Source of the DNA: Crocinitomicaceae bacterium
Lineage (GTDB): Bacteria > Bacteroidota > Bacteroidia > Flavobacteriales_D > Crocinitomicaceae
Length of the DNA: 64,000 nt
Reading direction: 5' to 3'
NCBI GenBank assembly: GCA_030833845.1
Contig: JAURGK010000001.1
Coordinates: forward strand, 97,468 to 161,467
The notes below the pieces were generated by a model. The model ran no database searches. It saw only the letters and a list, made by a program, of their open reading frames with translations, and was not told the origin of the DNA. The translations under genes were made by a program, and so were the position numbers. Each line of letters begins with the position of its first letter. Position 1 is the stretch's first letter. Of the stretch, positions 1-8,223 are shown in pieces.

Positions 1-1481
1 CCATTTGCAAGCATATCCTACCCGAAATCAAGGGCAGACTTGGTTATTTAAAACAAGTTGGCTTGGGCTACCTAACGCTGAATCGCAGCTCCAATTCTCT
101 TTCGGGAGGAGAAGCCCAGCGCATACAATTGGCCACCTCCATTGGTTCAAGCCTAGTAGGCTCCATGTATATATTAGACGAGCCCTCCATTGGGCTTCAC
201 CCCAAAGATACCCAACAACTCATTTCAGTACTAAAGACACTTAAACAACAAGGCAATACGATTATTGTCGTTGAACATGATGAAGAAATCATGCAGGCTG
301 CAGATGAAATTTTAGATATTGGTCCTTTGGCAGGAAGCCAGGGCGGTCAACTTGTATTCCAAGGAGATTTTCTCGCACTTCAAAAAAGCGATGCACTTAC
401 TGCCCAATACCTCACAGGAAGAAAAAAAATAGAATTGCCAAAGCGTAGCAGAACGAGCATCGGAGCCTTGCAAATACATCATGCTAGTCAAAACAACCTC
501 AAGAACCTTGACCTCGCAATTCCCCTAGGACAATTGGTCTGTGTGAGTGGTGTTTCCGGATCGGGGAAATCCACGCTCATCAAAAGAATCCTTTATCCTT
601 TGGTGCGAAAAGAATTGGGCTTAAGCAGCGAATTAATTGGCAAATGCAATGGGATTAGCGGTGACCTTCAAAAAATTAAATCCGTAGAATTTATAGATCA
701 AAACCCGATTGGGAAGTCCTCGAGAAGCAATCCTATAACCTACGTTAAAGCCTTTGACGACATCAGAGAAATATATGCCCGACAACCCTTAGCTAAGCTC
801 CGTGGATACAAACCCGGTTTCTTTTCATTCAATGTTGCCGGAGGCCGCTGCGAAGTATGTGAAGGAGAAGGAACCATTAGTGTTTCTATGCAATTTATGG
901 CTGATGTTCAATTGCCTTGCAAGCACTGCCATGCCCGTCGCTACAAACCCGAAACCCTTGAAATTCTCTACAGAGATCTTTCAATTGCAGATCTGTTGGA
1001 ACTTAATTTACAGGAAGCTCTTGATTTTTTTAAAGCCGATAGGGACAAACTTGCCCAGCGTGTGGTTGAAAAAATACAACCTCTCATAGATGTTGGACTT
1101 GGCTATCTAACTGTTGGCCAATCATCAAGCACGATGTCAGGAGGCGAGGCGCAACGAATCAAATTGGCTTCCTTTTTAAGCAAAGGATATCAGAACACAC
1201 CTACTCTTTTCATTTTTGATGAACCTACCACCGGCCTACATTTCCATGATATTGCCAAATTACTTATTGCCTTTAATGCACTCCTTGATATGGGACACTC
1301 CTTAGTGGTGATAGAGCATAATATGGAAGTAATAAAGTGCGCCGATCACCTCATCGATCTTGGCCCTACAGGCGGCGATGAAGGCGGCTACATTCTTTTT
1401 TGTGGTCATCCAAAAGAAATACTTCAACTCAAATCGAATGCCACAGCAGCGGCTCTTATTTCAAAGCTTGTTGAAAATTAA
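1..1481 (+). CDS. uvrA: Excinuclease ABC subunit A (UvrA), C-terminal part. The 5' end lies outside the window and the codon phase starts at nt 3.
   Basis: The frame is open from nt 3 (ICKHILPEIKGRLGYLKQVGLGYLTLNRSSNSLSGGEAQRIQLAT...). It has two ABC signature motifs (LSGGEAQR, MSGGEAQR), Walker A GVSGSGKST, Walker B LFIFDEPTTGLH and a Cys-rich zinc module CEVCEGEG...CKHCHARRY. Confidence 0.95.
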   Translation, partial: ICKHILPEIKGRLGYLKQVGLGYLTLNRSSNSLSGGEAQRIQLATSIGSSLVGSMYILDEPSIGLHPKDTQQLISVLKTLKQQGNTIIVVEHDEEIMQAADEILDIGPLAGSQGGQLVFQGDFLALQKSDALTAQYLTGRKKIELPKRSRTSIGALQIHHASQNNLKNLDLAIPLGQLVCVSGVSGSGKSTLIKRILYPLVRKELGLSSELIGKCNGISGDLQKIKSVEFIDQNPIGKSSRSNPITYVKAFDDIREIYARQPLAKLRGYKPGFFSFNVAGGRCEVCEGEGTISVSMQFMADVQLPCKHCHARRYKPETLEILYRDLSIADLLELNLQEALDFFKADRDKLAQRVVEKIQPLIDVGLGYLTVGQSSSTMSGGEAQRIKLASFLSKGYQNTPTLFIFDEPTTGLHFHDIAKLLIAFNALLDMGHSLVVIEHNMEVIKCADHLIDLGPTGGDEGGYILFCGHPKEILQLKSNATAAALISKLVEN

Positions 1482-1515
1482 GCAGGTACAAAGTCATTTG
1501 GAATTGATATTCGCT

Positions 1516-1523
1516 TAACTTTG
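1516..1523 (+). promoter_or_regulatory. Bacteroidota-type -7 promoter box TAacTTTG upstream of the alpha-oxoamine synthase gene
   Basis: Exact match to TAnnTTTG, 15 nt upstream of the ATG at 1539. Confidence 0.45.
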
Positions 1524-1538
1524 CAAAAAAATAGTAGC

Positions 1539-2786
1539 ATGTCAGCAGATATTTTCGAAAAAATCAAAGCCAACCGAGGACCGCTCGGAATGCACGCCAA
1601 AGAATCTCACGGGTACTTTACTTTCCCTAAACTAGAAGGGGAAATTGGTCCTCACATGAATTTTAGAGGCAAAGAAAAACTCAATTGGTCATTGAATAAT
1701 TATCTTGGTTTGGCCAACCATCCTGAAGTTCGCAAAGCAGATGCAGATGCAGCAGCCATTTATGGTTTTGGATCTCCGATGGGCGCACGCATGATGTCGG
1801 GCAATTCCAATTACCACGAACAGCTTGAAAATGAACTGTCAGCTTTTGTAAGCAAGGAAGACACCATTTTGGCCAACTTTGGTTACCAAGCCGTAGTTTC
1901 AGCAATTGACTGCCTCGTTGACCGTCACGATGTCATTGTTTACGACGCAGAATCTCATGCTTGTATTCTTGACGGAGTTCGTTTGCATATGGGCAAGCGC
2001 TTTGTGTTTAAGCACAATGATGTGGAGGATTGTGAAAAACAATTGCAGCGCGCAACCAAGCTTGCTGCCGAAACCGGCGGAGCAATTCTTGTAATCACAG
2101 AAGGTGTATTTGGTATGCGCGGTGACCAAGGAAGACTCAAGGAAATCGTTGCTTTGAAAGAAAAATACAACTTCCGTTTATTCGTAGACGACGCACACGG
2201 CATCGGAGTATTGGGTGCAACTGGTGCTGGTACAGGTGAAGAACAAGGCTGTCAAGACGGGATTGACATTTATTTTGGCACCTTTGCCAAATCATTTGCC
2301 TTGATTGGTGGTTTTATTTCATCAGATGCACAAGTTGTTGAGTATTTGCGCTATAACATGCGTTCTCAAATTTTTGCCAAGGCAATGCCTGCAGCCCTAG
2401 TTTTAGGCTTATTGAAGAGACTTGAGCTCATGAGAAACCATCCTGAACTTAAGACCAAACTTTGGGAGAATACCAATGCCCTACAAAACGGACTCAAAGC
2501 CGCTGGTTTTGAAATTGGTCCAACAAATAGTTGTGTTACACCGGTATACCTAAGCGGTTCTATTCCAGAAGCAACCAACCTGATTTTTGACCTTCGAGAA
2601 AACTACAATGTATTCTGCTCTATGGTAGTCTATCCGGTAGTTCCGAAAGGCATGATTATTTTGCGCTTGATACCAACGGCCTCTCATACTCTTGAAGATG
2701 TCAATTACACCATTGATTGCTTCTCTAAGATTGTTGGCAAGTTGAAAGCCGGTGAATATATGTCAGATAAGATTGCAGCTATCTAG
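1539..2786 (+). CDS. PLP-dependent alpha-oxoamine synthase (KBL/AONS/serine palmitoyltransferase family). It looks more SPT-like or cysteate-acyltransferase-like than classical Kbl.
   Basis: Motifs NNYLGLANHPEV and DDAHGIGVLG, plus PLP-lysine motif GTFAKSFALIGGF. I prefer the ATG at 1539 to the TTG at 1521 in the ORF track, because the TTG lies inside the -7 box. Confidence 0.85.
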   Translation: MSADIFEKIKANRGPLGMHAKESHGYFTFPKLEGEIGPHMNFRGKEKLNWSLNNYLGLANHPEVRKADADAAAIYGFGSPMGARMMSGNSNYHEQLENELSAFVSKEDTILANFGYQAVVSAIDCLVDRHDVIVYDAESHACILDGVRLHMGKRFVFKHNDVEDCEKQLQRATKLAAETGGAILVITEGVFGMRGDQGRLKEIVALKEKYNFRLFVDDAHGIGVLGATGAGTGEEQGCQDGIDIYFGTFAKSFALIGGFISSDAQVVEYLRYNMRSQIFAKAMPAALVLGLLKRLELMRNHPELKTKLWENTNALQNGLKAAGFEIGPTNSCVTPVYLSGSIPEATNLIFDLRENYNVFCSMVVYPVVPKGMIILRLIPTASHTLEDVNYTIDCFSKIVGKLKAGEYMSDKIAAI

Positions 2787-2807
2787 AAAGAAGATGCAAT
2801 TCATTTT

Positions 2808-2844
2808 AAAAAAAAATACGGGTCAATCGACCCGTATTTTTTTT
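2808..2844. terminator. Bidirectional intrinsic terminator between convergent genes
   Basis: Perfect 9-bp stem ATACGGGTC/GACCCGTAT (2816-2824 and 2829-2837) with a 4-nt loop. It is flanked by an A-run (2808-2816) and a T-run (2837-2844). It overlaps the last codons of the helicase gene. Confidence 0.75.
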
Positions 2845-3932
2845 GCAATCAACTTTTCTATCGCTTTAAAATATTTAAAATCTTCGGGCTCACAAAAAAT
2901 AATTGAACGGCCTTCTCTTCCTGCCCTACCCGTTCGTCCTATTCGGTGTACATAAGTTTCTGCTACGGTAGGCACATCGGTATTGACGACCAAATCAAGA
3001 CCGGAGATATCTATTCCTCTGGCAGCGATATCCGTGGCTACCAATATTCGAATCTTGCCTTGCTTGAAATGACTTAATGCCATTTGCCTTGCATTTTGAG
3101 ATTTATTGCCGTGAATGGCCATGGCTTGAAGTTTATTTTTAGCTAGAACGCGTACCAATTTATCTGCGCCATGCTTCGTACGAGCAAAAACCAAAACACT
3201 TTCAGCGGGATCTTTTTGCAAGATTTCCACGAGTGCTGACTCTTTATGTTTGCGATCCGCCACCTGTATCATAGATTGATCAATGCGCTCAGCAGTAGAA
3301 GAAACGGGAGTGACCGTTACTTCTTTGGGGTTGCTAAGCAAACTTTGCGCTAAACTTCTCACTTCACTAGGCATCGTTGCCGAGAAAAGTAAAGTTTGCC
3401 TTTGTTTGGGCAATAGTTTTACAATTCGCTTGACATCGTGGATGAAGCCCATATCAAGCATTCGGTCCGCTTCATCTAGTACAAACATAGATAAGGACTT
3501 TAGATTGACAAAACCTTGTTGGTGTAAATCGAGTAGTCTTCCAGGTGTAGCAATCAATATAGCTGGCTTTTGCTTCAGCGTCTGGATTTGAGCGTGAGGT
3601 TTCACACCTCCAAAAATCACCAAGGAGCGCAAGCCCAAATGCTTCCCGTAAGCTTTAAAATTTTCTGCAATTTGAATGGCTAGCTCTCTTGTTGGGGTAA
3701 CAATTAAGGCTTCTATATTGCCGTTTAATGGTTTTTTATCGTGAAGAAGCTGCAAAATAGGAATGGCAAATGCCGCTGTCTTACCTGTGCCGGTTTGCGC
3801 AAGGCCTATTAAATCTTGCTGATCTAAAATCACAGGAATGGCTTTCTCTTGGATTGGGGTTGCATTTGTATAGCCTTTTTCAGCAATGGCTTCCAGGAGC
3901 TTGGGCTCTAGGGGTAATTCATTAAATAACAT
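2823..3932 (-). CDS. DEAD-box ATP-dependent RNA helicase (RhlE-like)
   Basis: Q-motif region and motif I AQTGTGKT, motif II DEAD, motif III SAT, and motif VI HRIGRTGRAG. Confidence 0.93.
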   Translation of the reverse strand: MLFNELPLEPKLLEAIAEKGYTNATPIQEKAIPVILDQQDLIGLAQTGTGKTAAFAIPILQLLHDKKPLNGNIEALIVTPTRELAIQIAENFKAYGKHLGLRSLVIFGGVKPHAQIQTLKQKPAILIATPGRLLDLHQQGFVNLKSLSMFVLDEADRMLDMGFIHDVKRIVKLLPKQRQTLLFSATMPSEVRSLAQSLLSNPKEVTVTPVSSTAERIDQSMIQVADRKHKESALVEILQKDPAESVLVFARTKHGADKLVRVLAKNKLQAMAIHGNKSQNARQMALSHFKQGKIRILVATDIAARGIDISGLDLVVNTDVPTVAETYVHRIGRTGRAGREGRSIIFCEPEDFKYFKAIEKLIAKKIRVD

Positions 3933-3989
3933 GTAAATGGACAGGTTCTACGTGTTTAAAGAACGTTTTTTATACACGACAACCTCTGA

Positions 3990-3997
3990 CAAAGGTA
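3990..3997 (-). promoter_or_regulatory. -7 promoter box TAccTTTG (minus strand) for the DEAD-box helicase
   Basis: Plus-strand CAAAGGTA is the reverse complement of TAnnTTTG. It lies 57 nt upstream of the ATG at 3932. Confidence 0.4.
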
Positions 3998-4019
3998 AGG
4001 AATATAAACGGGGGTGACA

Positions 4020-4721
4020 CTATATGGCATTTAAGATGCGTTCTAATCTGGCTTCACTTACCTTTAAAATGGTCTCTGAAAATGCAGAATCGGGATCCAA
4101 TTGAACCTTTTGAGTGGCAGAAAAATGAATGGCTGAAAGCCCCTTGATATGCGCTAATTTAGATATATTACCTGCATTTACGCCGCCACCTGCCATGATC
4201 TCAATGTGGCCCTTGGCATAAGCACACATTTCACCAAGTACCCCTATGCCTAATTCAACATTGGAGGCAAAGCCAGAGGTAAGCACCCTTTTGAATCCTA
4301 GTTCTATCAAGACATCTAGGGAGCGTTTCCAATCAATACTCTCGTCAAATGCACGGTGAAAAGTCCAATCTAGGTCGGGTGCTATGTTTTTAAGGTCAAT
4401 AAGCGCTTGCTTATCAATGCCAAAATTCTCTTTCAACACACCGATTACAACTCCTTGAACTCCAAGCAAATGACAATAAGCAATTTCTTTTTGCATCAAA
4501 GCCAGCTCCTCTTCATTGTAACAGAATCCTCCAGCCCTTGGCCTAATAAGAACATGCGTATTCAAGTTGAAATCTTTAGCCATTTGGATGAGTCCGGCTG
4601 ATGGTGTGAGCCCGCCCTGCTCCAAATTCTGACAAAGTTCAACTCGATCAAATTGATGCTTATAGGCCAATTCAAGGGCCTCTAAAGAGGCCGCACAAAG
4701 TTCTAATTGGAGTGCATTCAT
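4020..4721 (-). CDS. cutC: Copper homeostasis protein CutC family (TIM-barrel)
   Basis: Full-length similarity to CutC: LELCAASLEALELA..., HVLIRPRAGGFCY, RVLTSG, IMAGGGVN. Confidence 0.85.
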   Translation of the reverse strand: MNALQLELCAASLEALELAYKHQFDRVELCQNLEQGGLTPSAGLIQMAKDFNLNTHVLIRPRAGGFCYNEEELALMQKEIAYCHLLGVQGVVIGVLKENFGIDKQALIDLKNIAPDLDWTFHRAFDESIDWKRSLDVLIELGFKRVLTSGFASNVELGIGVLGEMCAYAKGHIEIMAGGGVNAGNISKLAHIKGLSAIHFSATQKVQLDPDSAFSETILKVSEARLERILNAI

Positions 4722-4769
4722 AGGTTGTTAAATTGCAATTAATACAGCAAAAATCAGGCCCAATTTACT

Positions 4770-4777
4770 TATATTTG
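4770..4777 (+). promoter_or_regulatory. -7 promoter box TAtaTTTG upstream of the fused E1 gene
   Basis: Exact TAnnTTTG, 17 nt upstream of the ATG at 4795. Confidence 0.45.
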
Positions 4778-4794
4778 TAGGTAATCAACAACAA

Positions 4795-7239
4795 ATGGCC
4801 ACAGAAAAATCTAATACCTCAACTGCTCAACTCGACTTCAGTACATTTCAACAGCAGGTGCTCAACGACTATCAACTAGCTTGTGAATCACGCGAGGCCT
4901 CCTTACTCGGTAGAAAAGAAGTACTTACAGGAAAGGCTAAGTTTGGCATTTTTGGAGATGGCAAAGAATTGGCTCAAATTGCTCTGGCCAAACAATTTCG
5001 AAATGGTGATTTTCGATCCGGATACTACCGTGATCAGACCCTCATGTTGGCCATTGATGCCCTTACCCTTGAGCAGTACTTTTCAGGTTTATATGCGCAC
5101 ACAGATCATCATGTGGAACCGCAATCAGCTGGTAGGCAAATGGGTGGTCATTACGCGACTAGGAATTTAGATGAGCAAGGCCATTGGAAGAACTTAATGG
5201 AACAAAAAAATAGTTCTTCAGATATTTCTCCTACCGGTGGCCAAATGCCACGACTACTCGGGTTAGCCCAAGCCTCAAAAGTTTATCGCGAACACCCCAC
5301 ACTGAAAGAATTAGAGGCATTTAAAAAATTCAGTGCTGGCGGAAATGAAGTTGCCTTTGGCACCATTGGAGATGCTTCAACTTCAGAAGGCCCTTTTTGG
5401 GAAACTATGAACGCAGCAGGTGTATTACAAGTACCGCTCGTGATGTCTGTTTGGGACGATGGCTACGGTATTTCAGTGCCTAGAGAACTGCAAACCACCA
5501 AGGGAAGCATTTCAGATGCCCTTTCGGGCTTTCAGCGCAATGAAAAACAAAAAGGATTTGAAATATTAATTACCAAAGGGTGGGATTATGCGCACCTCTG
5601 CGAAACTTATGAGCGAGCAGTGCAAATTGCGCGAATGGAACACGTTCCGGTTTTAGTGCATGTCAAAGAAGTCAATCAACCTCAAGGACATTCTACCTCT
5701 GGATCTCATGAGCGTTACAAATCTGAGCAAAGGTTGCAGTGGGAAACTGAATTTGATTGTATTGCCAAATTCAGAGAATGGATTTTATCTTTTGGTCAAA
5801 AAGGACTCGTTTTGGCAACGGAGGAGCAGCTCGATGAGATTGCGGCTCGAGCCAAGGAAACGGTAAAAAATGCCAAAAACAATGCTTGGAAGGCATTTAC
5901 CAACGATATTTCACAAGATAAAGATTCCTTACTTCAAATTTTATCAGGATACGAAAATACGCATCCGAACTATTCCCTGGTGAAGGAAATTCAACAACAA
6001 CTCCTCAAAGAAAAAGAAAGCATTCGCAGAGATTTAATGGGATATGCACGTACGATTTTGCGCAACAGCCTTTCAGACAATTCCCCACAGAGAAATAAAC
6101 TCGGTGCATGGGTGAAGGAAATTCAACTTAAAGCACAAGATCGATACAGCTCACATCTTTATTCACAATCGGAAGAAAGCGTGGCTAACGTTACATCTGT
6201 ACCAGTGAATTATAGTACGGAAGTACAAATGGAGGATGGTCGAATCATATTGCGTGAGAATTACCGTAAAATATTAGAAACAAGACCTGAAGTACTTGTG
6301 TTTGGAGAAGATGCAGGTAAAATTGGTGGAGTAAACCAAAGTTTAGAAGGTTTGCAAGAGCAGTTTGGCAGTCTTCGGGTTTCTGATACTGGAATTCGTG
6401 AGTGTACGATAATTGGACAAGGAATTGGAATGGCCATGCGTGGACTCAGGCCCATTGCTGAAATACAATATTTAGATTACCTTCTCTATGGATTACAAAT
6501 CATGTCCGACGACCTCGCTACTGTTCAATACCGCACAAAAGGAGGTCAAAAAGCACCATTAATTGTATCGACACGAGGGCATCGATTGGAGGGTATTTGG
6601 CATAGCGGATCACCGATGGGCATGATCGTCAATGCCTTAAGAGGAGTGCATGTTTGTGTGCCACGCAACATGACCAAGGCTGCCGCCTTTTACAATACTT
6701 TATTACAAGCCGACGAACCTGCGCTAGTCATTGAACCTCTCAATGGTTACAGAAGCAAAGAAAGAATGCCTTTAAATTTTGGAGAATTCACAGAGGCGCT
6801 TGGCATACCAGAAATCGTTAAGCAAGGAAACGACCTTACCCTTGTTTCTTATGGTTCTACCTTTAACATTTGTGAGCATGCCGTGGCCGAATTAGAAAAA
6901 CTCGGTATTTGGGTCGAACTCATTGATGTTCAAACATTGTTGCCTTTTGATACAGGGCATATGATTTCAAAATCGTTGGCCAAGACCAACGCTCTTCTTA
7001 TTGTTGATGAGGATGTGAGCAGTGGAGCAAGTGCATTTATACTCGATCAAATCTTGGTTAAGCAAAATGGTTACCAACATTTAGACCTCGCGCCCCAAAC
7101 GATGGCTGCCAAAGATCATCGACCTGCTTATGGTTCAGACGGCGACTATTTTTCTAAACCCAACATCGATGACATCATAGAAAAGGTGCTCGAGATGTTA
7201 AACGACATCAATCCGAACCAATTTCCAAAAGTCTATTGA
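4795..7239 (+). CDS. Fused alpha/beta E1 component of a 2-oxoacid (branched-chain/pyruvate-type) dehydrogenase, thiamine-diphosphate dependent
   Basis: The N-terminal half has an E1-alpha-like TPP-binding region (GTIGDASTSEGPFWETMNAAGVLQVPLVMSVWDDGYGIS). The C-terminal half is E1-beta/transketolase-like (VFGEDAGKIGGVNQSLEGLQEQFG, RVSDTGIRECTIIGQGIGMAMRGLRPIAEIQYLDY). It is a single 814-aa ORF. Confidence 0.85.
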   Translation: MATEKSNTSTAQLDFSTFQQQVLNDYQLACESREASLLGRKEVLTGKAKFGIFGDGKELAQIALAKQFRNGDFRSGYYRDQTLMLAIDALTLEQYFSGLYAHTDHHVEPQSAGRQMGGHYATRNLDEQGHWKNLMEQKNSSSDISPTGGQMPRLLGLAQASKVYREHPTLKELEAFKKFSAGGNEVAFGTIGDASTSEGPFWETMNAAGVLQVPLVMSVWDDGYGISVPRELQTTKGSISDALSGFQRNEKQKGFEILITKGWDYAHLCETYERAVQIARMEHVPVLVHVKEVNQPQGHSTSGSHERYKSEQRLQWETEFDCIAKFREWILSFGQKGLVLATEEQLDEIAARAKETVKNAKNNAWKAFTNDISQDKDSLLQILSGYENTHPNYSLVKEIQQQLLKEKESIRRDLMGYARTILRNSLSDNSPQRNKLGAWVKEIQLKAQDRYSSHLYSQSEESVANVTSVPVNYSTEVQMEDGRIILRENYRKILETRPEVLVFGEDAGKIGGVNQSLEGLQEQFGSLRVSDTGIRECTIIGQGIGMAMRGLRPIAEIQYLDYLLYGLQIMSDDLATVQYRTKGGQKAPLIVSTRGHRLEGIWHSGSPMGMIVNALRGVHVCVPRNMTKAAAFYNTLLQADEPALVIEPLNGYRSKERMPLNFGEFTEALGIPEIVKQGNDLTLVSYGSTFNICEHAVAELEKLGIWVELIDVQTLLPFDTGHMISKSLAKTNALLIVDEDVSSGASAFILDQILVKQNGYQHLDLAPQTMAAKDHRPAYGSDGDYFSKPNIDDIIEKVLEMLNDINPNQFPKVY

Positions 7240-7257
7240 TCAAATAGTCATACAAAC

Positions 7258-7288
7258 AAAAAGGGAGGCTAAAGCCTCCCTTTTTTTT
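7258..7288. terminator. Bidirectional intrinsic terminator between the E1 gene and the rhodopsin gene
   Basis: Stem GGGAGGC/GCCTCCC (7263-7269 and 7274-7280) with loop TAAA. An A-run precedes it and a T8 run follows. Confidence 0.8.
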
Positions 7289-7302
7289 CTAGTTATTGAT
7301 TG

Positions 7303-8052
7303 TTAAGCTTTTGAATCAGATTTGGCCAATGCATAAATTACCAAACCGAAACCGATTTTATTAACGGCATCACCGATGTTGTAAACGACATCCATCCAAG
7401 GGTTTGGATCTGAACTACCAAACGCACCAAACAAACCGCCTGGAGTTCCGATGATGTATCCTAATGGATAAATAGCCCATCCTACCAATACGAACCAAGC
7501 AAGAATTCGTGTTGCTTTTGCTACCGCTGGACCTGCAGACTCTGCCAACTGTGCAACTTCGCCCATCCAAACAAGGTAAGCAATATAGAAATAAGCTGCA
7601 CCAGAAAGTACACCCCACATAACACTGTTGTCACGATCAACTGCCTCTCCGAAATAGCCGGTAACAAGCATCACTACTGACGCAAAAATTAGCTTCCATA
7701 ACAAACTTGTTTTGGCACCTGCTTTTTTGGTAATCAAGTAGAATTCTACACACATGAGCGGCACAGTAAGCATCCAGTCAACATATCGGAAGAATGTTGG
7801 TGAAGTGGAAGTTTCTGTGAAATAATCACGCATGTAATAATAGTGAACCGCGGCAATGAAAGTGATGAGACCTGAAACCAAAATGGAGGTTCTCCATTTT
7901 TCTTCCATGTTGCGCATTTCCATAAAGAAAAATGCTGCAGCAGCCATCATGGCCATCGTTCCAATGAAAAAGGTAAATGCTGTGTAGGTGTACACATCTC
8001 CTTTTTCAAATAGTGCTTGCACATTGAGTGCACTAGATAAAGAAATTAACAT
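7303..8052 (-). CDS. Proteorhodopsin (light-driven proton pump, DTE motif, Met at tuning position 105)
   Basis: Seven hydrophobic helices. Helix C is RYVDWMLTVPLMCVEFYLI (D97, T101, M105, E108 in green-PR numbering). His75-equivalent is in AAVHYYYMR. The retinal Schiff-base lysine is in YNIGDAVNKIGFGLVIY. Confidence 0.93.
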   Translation of the reverse strand: MLISLSSALNVQALFEKGDVYTYTAFTFFIGTMAMMAAAAFFFMEMRNMEEKWRTSILVSGLITFIAAVHYYYMRDYFTETSTSPTFFRYVDWMLTVPLMCVEFYLITKKAGAKTSLLWKLIFASVVMLVTGYFGEAVDRDNSVMWGVLSGAAYFYIAYLVWMGEVAQLAESAGPAVAKATRILAWFVLVGWAIYPLGYIIGTPGGLFGAFGSSDPNPWMDVVYNIGDAVNKIGFGLVIYALAKSDSKA

Positions 8053-8223
8053 AATAGATAGGTTTAATTTTTCCTACTCTTTTGAGGCTTTTCGGAAACC
8101 GCCTTTAAACATTTGAATAACAATGATATATATTTTTTGTTTAAATATCACTAAAAATTATTCAACAAAATATAAAAAACCTAAACTACTTAATGTCAAT
8201 AAATTATTAAAAACCTAGTAAAA

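Noticed and set aside
5-244. A 79-aa ORF at the window start, and a 95-aa ORF at 802-1089 within uvrA.
   Set aside because: Both are alternative frames of the conserved uvrA coding sequence. Their translations show no protein-like features.
3943-3985. A possible structured 5' UTR of the DEAD-box helicase (AGGTT..CGTGT / ACACG..AACCT).
   Set aside because: It has only two 5-bp helices separated by an asymmetric internal loop and an 18-nt loop. That is too weak to call without covariation evidence.
8053-8223. The AT-rich 171-nt region upstream of the rhodopsin gene, including the short direct repeat AAACCTAA / AAACCTAG. I considered it as a possible regulatory repeat or small RNA.
   Set aside because: The repeat is only 7-8 nt. 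There is no convincing hairpin, no exact -7 box and no ORF. It is probably just a promoter/UTR plus a weak sppA termination region.
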